From assembly GCA_007132185.1 (NCBI GenBank), contig SLPC01000081.1, positions 1 through 60,202 of the forward strand: a stretch of DNA of 60,202 bases. The letters are read 5' to 3'. Position 1 is the stretch's first letter. The number at the start of each line of letters is the position of its first letter. The stretch is from Anaerolineae bacterium. Its GTDB lineage: Bacteria; Chloroflexota; Anaerolineae; UBA1429. Made by a program: the position numbers and the translations under genes. The notes below the pieces were generated by a model. The model worked only from the letters and a program-made list of their open reading frames with translations. It was not told the DNA's origin and made no database searches. Positions 1 to 8,568 of the stretch are shown here, in pieces.

Positions 1-1586
1 ATATGCCCCAGCACATGCTGGCGGTTCTCGGTGCCCACCCTGACCAGATGCTCGCCATCGCCGCCCGTCTCGACCGAGCCCCAGGTGTTGCGCCCGTCAA
101 AGTCACCGACGTTAGTCATCAGCTCGCCCCACTGGCTGGCCAGCAGGTTCACGACGTTCACTCCCTCGGCGGCGCCTTCCAGCATGGCCGACATGGGCGA
201 CAAAAAGTGCACATGGGTATCGGCGCTGACCCAGCCACGCTCGCGCCAGGGCAGCACCTTTTCCAGCGGAATGGTGATCTCGCGAGTATCGGCCGTCACA
301 TCCACGGTCATGCGGATCGGCTTGATCTCGAACCCTTTGGCAATCTCAATGTACACACGCCCCAGGGGCAGATCCAGATCCGTCTCGCCGGCGATATAGG
401 TGCAATAGTGCAACCCCGCATGCACAAAGTCGACGGAATAGTCCTCAAACCAGTAGGGATTGGGGATACGATGGCGGTCAACAGGCGCGAGATACTCGCC
501 CGCCTCGCCATGCATGTGCAGCTTGACGGGGACGGGCTTGCCACCGGCGGCCTCGACCACCCGCAGCGTCACACGCTGGGAGGCGGGGGCCACGGGGGCT
601 AGGGGAGCATCAGTCTCCATGGCCTGCAGCTCTGCCACGGGCACCTGCATACCGTTCCACAGGTGAAAGGCCCCCTTGGGGTGGGCCGTGTACTCGATCA
701 GGATCTGGTTTTCCGCCAGTGCGGGCAACTGGTTGTTATAGCTGGCGTCCCAGCTCTTGTCGGGATAGAGAGGCCGACGCTCCGCCGAGATGACTTGGCC
801 CATATCGAGTCGAATCTGGTCCAGCAGGCCGTTGTCGTCGACCTCGGACCGAAATGCCACGTCCTCAGGCAGGGTGAGCAGCGCCTTGCACCGGGACTCC
901 CAGCGCAGGGGCTGGCTCTCGACATCGCCCGCGGCCAGGCCCATCACCAGCACGGCCCCCGACACCGGCTCAAAGCGGATCCACGCCAGTGTCTTGTCCG
1001 GGTGGGGATTATCCCAAGCCCACAGCCAGTTCACCCACTCGGACTGATCTGGATTGAGCGTCCGGGTCTGACGCTTGCCCCAGCCCGGCGGGGCCTGATC
1101 CTGCTCCAGGCGCAGAGGGTACGGCTTGTGGTCGGCCACAGCGATCAGGCAGTTCTCGCCCCAGATCCTCTGAAAGGCCCCGATCTCGTAACGACGACGA
1201 ATGGGGATCGCGATCTCGGTGCCATCGGCATAGCCCATGACATAGTGGGCTGCCACCTCGCCGAGCTGCCCCACGCCACGGCTGGCGGCGGTCAGCCCAT
1301 ATTCGTCATGAGGATAGGGCCTGGCATCCGAAGTGTGCATAAAGACCAACCAGCGAGCCCGCACACCGGGCAGGGTCACCTGTACCGGCTCCTCGGCCAC
1401 GAGAATGGGATCGTGGATTTCAAACGGGATGCCCCAGCCCACGGCAAGATCACGGGGGGCCTCGTCCAGAACGGCCCGTAGCTCGTCCGAGAGCGATGCC
1501 GTTCGCAATGCCTCCCACGACATCTCGCTATCGAACAGGATCGGCCAGAAATGGCTGCTAAAGGGTCCATCTTTGCGTTCCATCAT
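1..1586 (-). CDS. putative metal-dependent hydrolase (HxH motif), 3' end outside window
   Basis: Minus-strand frame open from ATG 1586 (SD GGGGAGG upstream) to the left edge. It is absent from the ORF track because no stop lies in the window. Hand translation: MMERKDGPFSSHFW...SADTHVHFLSP. The + ORFs 3..602 and 663..1481 are its mirror frames. Confidence 0.5.
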   Translation of the reverse strand, partial: MMERKDGPFSSHFWPILFDSEMSWEALRTASLSDELRAVLDEAPRDLAVGWGIPFEIHDPILVAEEPVQVTLPGVRARWLVFMHTSDARPYPHDEYGLTAASRGVGQLGEVAAHYVMGYADGTEIAIPIRRRYEIGAFQRIWGENCLIAVADHKPYPLRLEQDQAPPGWGKRQTRTLNPDQSEWVNWLWAWDNPHPDKTLAWIRFEPVSGAVLVMGLAAGDVESQPLRWESRCKALLTLPEDVAFRSEVDDNGLLDQIRLDMGQVISAERRPLYPDKSWDASYNNQLPALAENQILIEYTAHPKGAFHLWNGMQVPVAELQAMETDAPLAPVAPASQRVTLRVVEAAGGKPVPVKLHMHGEAGEYLAPVDRHRIPNPYWFEDYSVDFVHAGLHYCTYIAGETDLDLPLGRVYIEIAKGFEIKPIRMTVDVTADTREITIPLEKVLPWRERGWVSADTHVHFLSPMSAMLEGAAEGVNVVNLLASQWGELMTNVGDFDGRNTWGSVETGGDGEHLVRVGTENRQHVLGH

Positions 1587-1757
1587 GTCCTCCCCTGCAT
1601 TGGCATAGCTGATCAGATCGCCGATTGTCGACGAGCCCAATGATAGCCGCTCAGGAGAACGAACGCAATGAGGGCAGCGCAAAGGCGCCGTCTAGCGAGC
1701 TGATCGCCCGTTAGACAGCGCCTATCAAGCAAGAGGGCCACTCTCTCGCTCTACATA

Positions 1758-2900
1758 CTACCTAAACATCATAGGCAGATAAAAGACGAATGCATCAGGA
1801 GCCTGCAGCATCATTAGCTCTATGAAGCGAGGATATCCGGTGTACTTGGTAGAGACAAGCTCACCAGCTCGGTTAATCTCATAGACACCCGCACTGGTAG
1901 ACACCAAGAGATTGTTATTAGGCAGCTCATAGACGCCACGATACTGGCCGAGTTCTGCAGGATTATACACGCCCACTAGCGCACCCTCGGGGGTGAGTTC
2001 GACGATACCTTCCTGAGCTCCAGCATAGTTTGCGACCAGGACGTTGCCATTAGCCGCTTGCGCGATCTGCTGCGGAAAGTCGTTGACCGGGGCTAGCTCC
2101 GCAATGAAATCACCCGTGTCCAGCCCATAGCGAAGGATCTGATCGGTCAAGGAGCTGCTGACGAGCCAATCGACATTGTCTCTAAGATACACATCAAAGG
2201 GCGCGTTGAGCCCTCCAGCGCCAGCCGTTACAAAAGTGCCCACAAAGACCCCATCGGTATCAAACTCCACGACGCTGTTCGCATTAAAGCCGTTCGCATT
2301 GTCCCACTCGTACACAGTGACCAGGAGATTGCCGTTCGGTCGCAGCGCCATACCACGGATATTCTCCATGATCTCGGGATTGGCGCCGCCAGCCGGCGCG
2401 AATATCCCCAGATAATTTCCATCCAGATTGTACTGGTGGACCACATTCCTTGTCTGATCCGACACCAAGACCCTGTTATTGGGGCTTATAATGGCATGAA
2501 CGGGCGTCCCTGTCGCATCCTCGTCCATCTCAATAAAGGCCGCATCTACAAGATCACCCGTAATGGCGTTGAACGCCATTACGTTTCTCGTGAGGATATC
2601 GGGGACAAGCAGAATCCCCCCGGTCTGCGCCAGAGCAAGGGCCTCGGCACGCGCCTCGGGGGCCGCTGGCACTCGGACAGTTGCGCGTGGCATCTCGCAC
2701 AGATATACCTCGTACCTCTCATCAAAGACGCAGTCATCCGTCAAGGGCTCTGTAGTAGCCAGATAGCCCGTCTGTTCGCTGATCCGATCGAGATCAATAG
2801 CGACCGGCTCGGCCTGAACCGGCACCATAGACCAGGAAATCAGACTCACAAGCGTCATCACGATTATCATGCTCATAAGAGCGATCGTCGTACGCTTCAT
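1758..2900 (-). CDS. secreted repeat protein, beta-propeller-like (NHL/YncE-like), function unknown
   Basis: 380 aa ORF. N-terminal signal peptide MKRTTIALMSMIIVMTLVSLISWSMVPVQAEP. Repeated ...NxLVxxxxxxxVxxY/F... blades. Confidence 0.55.
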   Translation of the reverse strand: MKRTTIALMSMIIVMTLVSLISWSMVPVQAEPVAIDLDRISEQTGYLATTEPLTDDCVFDERYEVYLCEMPRATVRVPAAPEARAEALALAQTGGILLVPDILTRNVMAFNAITGDLVDAAFIEMDEDATGTPVHAIISPNNRVLVSDQTRNVVHQYNLDGNYLGIFAPAGGANPEIMENIRGMALRPNGNLLVTVYEWDNANGFNANSVVEFDTDGVFVGTFVTAGAGGLNAPFDVYLRDNVDWLVSSSLTDQILRYGLDTGDFIAELAPVNDFPQQIAQAANGNVLVANYAGAQEGIVELTPEGALVGVYNPAELGQYRGVYELPNNNLLVSTSAGVYEINRAGELVSTKYTGYPRFIELMMLQAPDAFVFYLPMMFR

Positions 2901-3182
2901 TTCTATGCCTCCTGTACATACTTTTCCTTGTGCATATATAGCATTCGGGACTGGCGCCCCAAATGCGAATGCCTGATGTCAGGTTCCTTGACAGTGGCCG
3001 TCATGCGCCCAAAGTGACATACAGGCCTGTTAGCATTATGAGTTATGTAACTAGGCTTGTCAATGGGTATAATAGGTAAACTAGCTCTTTGGCTTAGTAT
3101 GCTGTGCTGCCTTATCGCTGGTTTTCTTTATTTGCGTGTGGTATATTTGGCCACAATGTGGAACCCGACAGGAGAGGGCGCT

Positions 3183-4283
3183 ATGACAGAACATACGAAT
3201 GGCATGGATCAAGCATACGATGCTTCCCGCCTCGCTCTGGCGCTGGATCTGCTCAAAAGTGCCGTGGAAATTGGTGAGGTGCCCGCTGCGGCAACCGCGA
3301 TTGCGCTGCATGATCGCCTGCTGGCCCACAAGGCCTGGGGCCGCCCAGGTTGGGCTATCGAGGAGGCGCCTCTTGCGCCCGACGCGCCCTTTATAGTGGC
3401 CTCCATCACCAAGCCAGTGGTGTGCATGGGCGCTATGCTGCTGCTCGATCAAGGAGTCATCACCCTGGATGATTCCGTGGCCCGCTATGTGCCGGCTTTT
3501 GCCGCCCGGGGCAAACAGAGCATCACGCTGCGTCATCTGATGACCCATACCTCGGGCCTGCCCGACCAGCTTGAGCAGAATATCGCTTTGCGGCAGCAGC
3601 ATGCGGGCCTGGGGCACTTTGTGGCGGCGGTATGCGCACTGGAGCCCCTATTCGAGCCTGGGACACGAGTCAGCTACCAGAGCATGGGCCTGCTGATGCT
3701 GGGACATCTGATGGAGGTGGTTACCGGCCAGCCGCTGCGCCAGTTCCTGCGCGAGAACCTGTTCGAACCCCTGGGCATGATCGGAACAACCCTGGCAATG
3801 CCCGATGGCGGCCTGGCAACGAGCGCGCGGGCCAACGACTCGCCTGTAGACACGCAATCCAGCGTCGAGAGCGATTGGGGGTGGAACTCGGACTATTGGC
3901 GCGATCTGGGTGCCCCGTGGGGCGGCCTGCATGCCACCGCCGGCGATCTGAGCCGCCTGCTCCAGCACATGCTGGGGGCCCGGCCGGGCCCGCTCAGCCC
4001 CGCCGCACGCCGCGCCATGGTCTGCGACCAGATTGCCACCATGCCCCGGATCTCGCCAGAGCAGCGGCTCACGGACCGGTGGGGTTTGGGCTGGCGCCTC
4101 GGCGCGGCCTCTCAGGGCGACCTGGCCTCGCGCGACGCATTTGGCCACACGGGCGCCACGGGCACTCTTTTCTGGGCCGATCCCGAGACGGGCCTGTCAT
4201 GCGTGCTGCTCACGAACCAGCCGTCGATTCATCGCCTGTTCGCCCGCTACTCGAACGCGATAGCGTCGGCGCTGAGAGGGTAG
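3183..4283 (+). CDS. serine hydrolase, beta-lactamase/PBP family
   Basis: SxxK motif (ASITKPV) in ORF 3057..4283. Start placed at ATG 3183 after SD GGAGAGG. The upstream 42 codons are AT-rich, unlike the rest of the gene. Confidence 0.8.
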   Translation: MTEHTNGMDQAYDASRLALALDLLKSAVEIGEVPAAATAIALHDRLLAHKAWGRPGWAIEEAPLAPDAPFIVASITKPVVCMGAMLLLDQGVITLDDSVARYVPAFAARGKQSITLRHLMTHTSGLPDQLEQNIALRQQHAGLGHFVAAVCALEPLFEPGTRVSYQSMGLLMLGHLMEVVTGQPLRQFLRENLFEPLGMIGTTLAMPDGGLATSARANDSPVDTQSSVESDWGWNSDYWRDLGAPWGGLHATAGDLSRLLQHMLGARPGPLSPAARRAMVCDQIATMPRISPEQRLTDRWGLGWRLGAASQGDLASRDAFGHTGATGTLFWADPETGLSCVLLTNQPSIHRLFARYSNAIASALRG

Positions 4284-4285
4284 AA

Positions 4286-5236
4286 TCACATCGCGCCCCA
4301 AGCCCCGCGCAGTTCGTCCCGGCGCTCGACCAGCAGCCGCATATAGTCCAGTTCCAGGGCCAGCATCTCCTCATCAGCGCGGCGCAGCCACTCGGAGAGC
4401 CAGCCAAAGCGGATGCCCAGCACCAACGCCCAGAGGGCGGGATCGGCGGCGGCCGGATGGCCCGCGGCCCGGAGCCGGGCCAGGAGAGCGCGCACAAAGG
4501 GCCCCTTCAACGCCTCGGGGTCTTCGCTGCCCGCGCAGCCGATGAGCAGGGCCACATCGTAGGCTTGCGGCTTGGTTCCGCAGAACTCCCAGTCGATCAC
4601 AGCGCGGATCTCTTGTTCCTGCCAGATCACATTGAGGGGATGGGGATCGCCATGGCAAAAGGCGGTGTGCAGAGGAACATCGGGGCCCAGCCAGCGATCC
4701 AAGAGGGGCTCGACGATGGGGGCGATCTGGCTGGCCAACTCGGGCCGCTCTTGGGAGAGACGACCATCAAGAGTGATGACGAAATCACGGATGGAAAAGG
4801 GGTCGCCCGGCGGTAGCGAAAGGCCCGTCGTGACGCGCCGCAATTCGATGATAAAGTCAGCCAGTGCCTGCCCGCGCCAGCCCTCCTGCACCCAGCCGGG
4901 CCGGGGCACCGGCTCGCCCCGCAGATAGGGGCTGATCTGCCAGTAGCTATTGCCCAGGGGCAGCACGTGCCACCCAGCGCTATCCTCGAGATAGCCATGG
5001 GCCTTGTCCAAGCCAGCCCTGGCCAGAGCATCCAGGATCGCCGCTACCCGCATCTTGTGGGGCGCTGTGCGGGGATCCAGGCGCTCGACCACATAGATCT
5101 GACCAGCCTCATCCTCGACCACCCACCGTTCCAGGCTACGGTCAGGGCTCCCTGCGGGTAACAGGTCGGGCCGCAACCGCGCCGCCCGCACCCGCCAAAG
5201 GCGACAGACGATGGTTAGGGTAGAGATATCGATCAT
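4286..5236 (-). CDS. phosphotransferase family kinase (APH/ChoK-like)
   Basis: 316 aa ORF with the catalytic-loop signature CHGDPHPLNVIW...VIDWEF, typical of aminoglycoside/homoserine-kinase-II-like phosphotransferases. Confidence 0.7.
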   Translation of the reverse strand: MIDISTLTIVCRLWRVRAARLRPDLLPAGSPDRSLERWVVEDEAGQIYVVERLDPRTAPHKMRVAAILDALARAGLDKAHGYLEDSAGWHVLPLGNSYWQISPYLRGEPVPRPGWVQEGWRGQALADFIIELRRVTTGLSLPPGDPFSIRDFVITLDGRLSQERPELASQIAPIVEPLLDRWLGPDVPLHTAFCHGDPHPLNVIWQEQEIRAVIDWEFCGTKPQAYDVALLIGCAGSEDPEALKGPFVRALLARLRAAGHPAAADPALWALVLGIRFGWLSEWLRRADEEMLALELDYMRLLVERRDELRGAWGAM

Positions 5237-5249
5237 AGCAGCTCTTGTT

Positions 5250-6326
5250 CTATGTCCGGATCAGGTGGCGCAGCCGGGCCAGGTTAGCTGGCCGGGCCGG
5301 CAACGTACCGCTCTCGACGTCGCGCAGCAGATCAGCAATGGCCTGGTTAATCGGTGTCGGGACGCCCAGCAGCTCGCCTTCCGCCACGATACGCCCATTC
5401 AGGTAATCCACCTCGGTGCGGCGTCCCTTGAGCACATCCTGTAGCAGCGAGGGCCGTGCTGGGACCTTTACCCGACCGGCGCTCTCCGGCGGGCCGCGCC
5501 GGGCGCGGGCCAATTCCCGCATACGCACGACGAGTGCGTCCAGATCGGCCTCACAGCTGGCGCCCGCGAAATCCTCGGGCGGGATGCCCCAGATAGGCTC
5601 TAGTGCGATCCCCTTGGCAAAGGCGACCCGAACAGACTCGCATCCGGCCATGACCTGAATGCGCTGCACCTGCGCGATCTCCTGCTCGTTCAGCTCCTCG
5701 GGGCCTGCGCCCAAGGCCCCGTATAGCGCATTGCCCATCGAGTTCCACACCAACTTGGCCCAGCGCGCCCCCCAGATGTTGGTCGTCGCGGCGCTGGGCC
5801 CGATCACCTGCAGTGCCTCGACCACGGCCTTGACCCGTGGGGTGATCTGACCGGAGAGCTCGCCCACGTCAAAGGCGTGAGAGGTGACCGGATCGGTGCG
5901 AGACACGCGCCCCGGCTCATAGACGCCAGCACTGATGGTGGCCACACAGCCAATGGTGCGGGGATAACCCACGATCTGGGCCACCGTCTCGTCGTTCAAG
6001 GCGTTCATCACGGGCAGAACAAAACCCGTGGGCTTGAGAAAGGGCGCGACCAGATGCGTAGACCAGATGGTGTCATAGGATTTCACCGAGAGAAACACCA
6101 CGTCAAAGGGCTCGGCCAGCCCGCTCACATCACCTATGTGCAACGCGGTCACAGGCACGGTGAACGTCTCGTCAACGGCAGCCAATGTGAGACCGTCCCG
6201 GCGCATGGCCTCCACATGGGCCGGCCACTGATCGATGAGGGTCACGTCATGGCCTGCCCGCGTAAGATAGGCCCCACATGTGCCACCGATACCGCCCGCC
6301 CCCACGATCCCGATGCGTCCCTGCAT
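5250..6326 (-). CDS. panE: 2-dehydropantoate 2-reductase (ketopantoate reductase)
   Basis: 358 aa ORF. N-terminal Rossmann motif IGIVGAGGIGG. ApbA/PanE-like length and C-terminal domain. SD AGGAAGG upstream of ATG 6326. Confidence 0.75.
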   Translation of the reverse strand: MQGRIGIVGAGGIGGTCGAYLTRAGHDVTLIDQWPAHVEAMRRDGLTLAAVDETFTVPVTALHIGDVSGLAEPFDVVFLSVKSYDTIWSTHLVAPFLKPTGFVLPVMNALNDETVAQIVGYPRTIGCVATISAGVYEPGRVSRTDPVTSHAFDVGELSGQITPRVKAVVEALQVIGPSAATTNIWGARWAKLVWNSMGNALYGALGAGPEELNEQEIAQVQRIQVMAGCESVRVAFAKGIALEPIWGIPPEDFAGASCEADLDALVVRMRELARARRGPPESAGRVKVPARPSLLQDVLKGRRTEVDYLNGRIVAEGELLGVPTPINQAIADLLRDVESGTLPARPANLARLRHLIRT

Positions 6327-6364
6327 GGTGCCTTCCTATGTTTATCCGATGATGTACTGGCATT

Positions 6365-6470
6365 CTAGCGCCAGGAAGCATCGGGGTCAATGTTTCCCAG
6401 GCTAGCGCCAGCTCCCGATCGCAGGGGCGGCCCTGTAGATAGGCCACGTCGCAATTGTACTGAGCGCGTC
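6365..6470 (-). pseudogene. frameshifted remnant of a metallophosphoesterase 3' end (copy of 10548..~10655)
   Basis: Hand alignment to 10549-10654 gives about 82 of 105 columns identical with one 1-nt indel. It encodes ...VAYLQGRPCDRELALAWETL, then after a frameshift DPDASWR-stop. The intact gene ends ...AAYVQGRPCDRELIVTWEAVDPDAPWR-stop. Confidence 0.65.
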
Positions 6471-6553
6471 AGGCGTGTTCCGTGCACCAAGCCCCTTGGA
6501 AAGAGACTCGCCTTGATGGCTCGTACATTTCACGTCACTTTTACGCAAAACTG

Positions 6554-6582
6554 TTGACTTTTGCTTTCCCTGGTCATACCAT
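6554..6582 (+). promoter_or_regulatory. putative sigma-70 type promoter of the radical-SAM cassette
   Basis: TTGACT (6554-6559), 17-nt spacer, TACCAT (6577-6582). The hpf promoter at 32558-32586 has the same architecture. Confidence 0.4.
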
Positions 6583-6700
6583 GAGATTGGTACCAGTTAA
6601 CTACTATTGATTTCTCGAAAGCAATATGGGTCTATTATTATCTCTCTCTCGGAAGCGTCCCAGGGATTGGCTTTGCGACAGGTCTGAATCAAGAACGCAA

Positions 6701-6742
6701 GCATCTTTTGTCTGACATGCGTCGGCGACAGATGCTTTTTTT
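6701..6742 (+). promoter_or_regulatory. terminator-like hairpin plus T7 tract inside the cassette leader (possible attenuator)
   Basis: GCATCT..GTC pairs with GAC AGATGC (6701-6735), followed by TTTTTTT (6736-6742). It lies between the putative promoter and the first ORF (ATG 6808). Confidence 0.35.
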
Positions 6743-6807
6743 GTTCGACAGATACCCAACGCTGACGGGCCGGGAACCGAGCACGATCATCGAAGGAGGC
6801 GCGTGGC

Positions 6808-7059
6808 ATGCAGCCAGATAGAGAGGATCATGTATGGCGTTTCGCCGTGCATGCGCAAACAGATACCCCCGTGTATGACGACCCTCTGATAGAGATGGTC
6901 CGAGTGTTCCTGAAGGACTTTTTAGACATGGGTTTTTTCACCTATGAAGGCAAAAAGGTGCAGGTCGATGGCTTTGCCTTTGCTAATAAACCCCAGGAGC
7001 TGTATGCGCTCTTTGAAGAGTCCGGAGACTGCCAGGATGATACCCAGACCATAGCATGA
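6808..7059 (+). CDS. small acidic protein (83 aa), unknown; possible peptide chaperone or substrate
   Basis: ATG preceded by GGAGG at 8-nt spacing. First gene of the co-directional cassette. D/E-rich, with a single Cys, and ends ...DDTQTIA. Confidence 0.55.
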   Translation: MQPDREDHVWRFAVHAQTDTPVYDDPLIEMVRVFLKDFLDMGFFTYEGKKVQVDGFAFANKPQELYALFEESGDCQDDTQTIA

Positions 7060-7124
7060 ATCTGGTGGTGGATTGCTGCCTGTTCCAAGATAAACGCAAC
7101 ATTGAAAAAAAAGGAGTATAGATC

Positions 7125-7415
7125 ATGACAGATGGACCCAGCTTTAGACTGCCATCAAGGCTGACTCTGGTGCGACATGCCGATCTGGCACCCGACAGCA
7201 AGCGTGAGATTGCGGATGCGATCGCGCCCGGGTTGGAGCACCTCGTTACCGCAGCAGGAACAAGACTGTCGGACGAACAGACACAGCAGCTACGGGAGTC
7301 GCTTCGCGATCGCGGCATGATCGAGGTGCCACCTGGCGGTGAGACCATGTCAGCCACCATTTCCGTTTCCGGCTCGTTGAACTATACAAGCAAAGAGAGC
7401 GAGTTGCTTCGGTAA
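7125..7415 (+). CDS. small protein (96 aa), candidate precursor peptide
   Basis: ATG preceded by AAGGAG at 8-nt spacing. It ends 12 nt before the rSAM/SPASM gene. The C-terminal segment PPGGETMSATISVSGSLNYTSKESELLR is Ser/Thr-rich and Cys-free. Confidence 0.55.
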   Translation: MTDGPSFRLPSRLTLVRHADLAPDSKREIADAIAPGLEHLVTAAGTRLSDEQTQQLRESLRDRGMIEVPPGGETMSATISVSGSLNYTSKESELLR

Positions 7416-7427
7416 GAAAGGCGTCAA

Positions 7428-8531
7428 ATGAACAGTGTTGGCGTGCTTGAGGAACAGGCAGCAATCCACCATCAGATCCTTTCTCTGCAATTGAGCTGGA
7501 ACTGCAATGCCGCATGCCGGCATTGCCTGGTTGAGGGCGACATGAGCCACAGCCACGTGATGCCGCTATCGGAAGCCAAGCAGATCCTTAACCAGTTGGA
7601 GCACCTGCCCCTGACCCGTCATGTAGGCTTCTCTGGTGGTGAGGCATTCCTGCACTATGACCTTTTGCTGGACCTTGGCGCTTTTGTCAAACAGAGGTTT
7701 GGCCACTCTATGGGTATTGCGACAAACTGCTTTTGGGCCACCGATCGGGACAGGGCGCATGCTATGCTTTCGCCCCTGGTGGACCTGGGCTTGACCGATC
7801 TGCTCATCAGCCTGGATGACTTTCATCTCGAGTTTGTCGATGCCCGATACATCGAGAATTGCATTCACCAGGCCCTGGCATTGGACATTAACGTCGTGGT
7901 ACAGACGGTCAAGACCAGAACGGGGCATGGATCCCTGTACTTTCAGAAGCATCTGGACATTCCATCACCGCCAGTGGTCACCTGGATGGAAATCCCCTGC
8001 CATCCTGTGGGTCGCGCCCTGGCCGGGGTTCCAGAGAGCGATTATGTGTATGACTGGACAAACCGGCCGGGGTACTGTACAGCGCTGCGCGTATGGAGTG
8101 TGGACCCCTTTGGAGGCGTCACGCCCTGCTGCGGAACGGCCATTGCGCCACCCCTACAGGTGGGCAACGCATTGCAGAAGGGGATGGCCGATATCGTCAA
8201 CCAGGCCAATGTCAACCCGCTGCTGAACACCATCGCCGCTTGGGGCGGGCCCTATATGCTGATCAAGGTGCTCGAACACCAGGGCGATTTCCGCTACTCC
8301 CACAGGGCCTTTGCCAGCCATTGCCATGCCTGCTCCACGATTCTGCGGGATCCCGACGCGATGCGCATCCTGGATCGGGAGCTGCCCGATCATTGGCTGG
8401 ATGCCCTGGCGGCGCGGTTGGCTGCTCATACGCTCTGGTATCGCACCACCGTCCTGCATGATGAGAACAGCCGCTGGCTTCCAGGAGGGTGGCTGCCCGA
8501 AACCAAAGAGCGGGTCGAGGCGCACCTCTAG
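7428..8531 (+). CDS. radical SAM protein with Cys-rich SPASM/twitch-like C-terminal domain
   Basis: CX3CX2C motif (WNCNAACRHC) near the N-terminus. Additional C-terminal cysteines (GYC...TPCCGT...SHCHAC) are consistent with auxiliary Fe-S clusters. Confidence 0.85.
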   Translation: MNSVGVLEEQAAIHHQILSLQLSWNCNAACRHCLVEGDMSHSHVMPLSEAKQILNQLEHLPLTRHVGFSGGEAFLHYDLLLDLGAFVKQRFGHSMGIATNCFWATDRDRAHAMLSPLVDLGLTDLLISLDDFHLEFVDARYIENCIHQALALDINVVVQTVKTRTGHGSLYFQKHLDIPSPPVVTWMEIPCHPVGRALAGVPESDYVYDWTNRPGYCTALRVWSVDPFGGVTPCCGTAIAPPLQVGNALQKGMADIVNQANVNPLLNTIAAWGGPYMLIKVLEHQGDFRYSHRAFASHCHACSTILRDPDAMRILDRELPDHWLDALAARLAAHTLWYRTTVLHDENSRWLPGGWLPETKERVEAHL

Positions 8532-8568
8532 AGCCTCGTGACCGCACAGTCAAGATAGGCAAGGGACG

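Noticed and set aside
3-1481. Long + strand ORFs 3..602 (199 aa) and 663..1481 (272 aa)
   Set aside because: They are mirror frames of the minus-strand gene that runs from ATG 1586 off the left edge. They are Arg/Gly/His-rich low-complexity translations, have no SD, and match no recognisable family.
3057-3182. N-terminal 42-codon extension of the serine hydrolase that looks like a TM anchor (IIGKLALWLSMLCCLIAGFLYL)
   Set aside because: Its codons are AT-rich at third positions, unlike the rest of the gene. The stretch contains a TATAAT box, and an SD-preceded ATG exists at 3183. A membrane-anchored isoform cannot be excluded.
3632-4816. 394-aa + ORF spanning the serine hydrolase end and the kinase gene
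   Set aside because: It lies in an alternative frame or antisense to two well-supported genes. Its Arg/Pro/Gly/Ala composition is typical of off-frame translation of GC-rich DNA.
6597-6809. 70-aa minus ORF in the cassette leader
   Set aside because: It has no SD, it runs against the cassette and across the leader hairpin, and AT-rich leaders generate chance ORFs. Nothing supports it.
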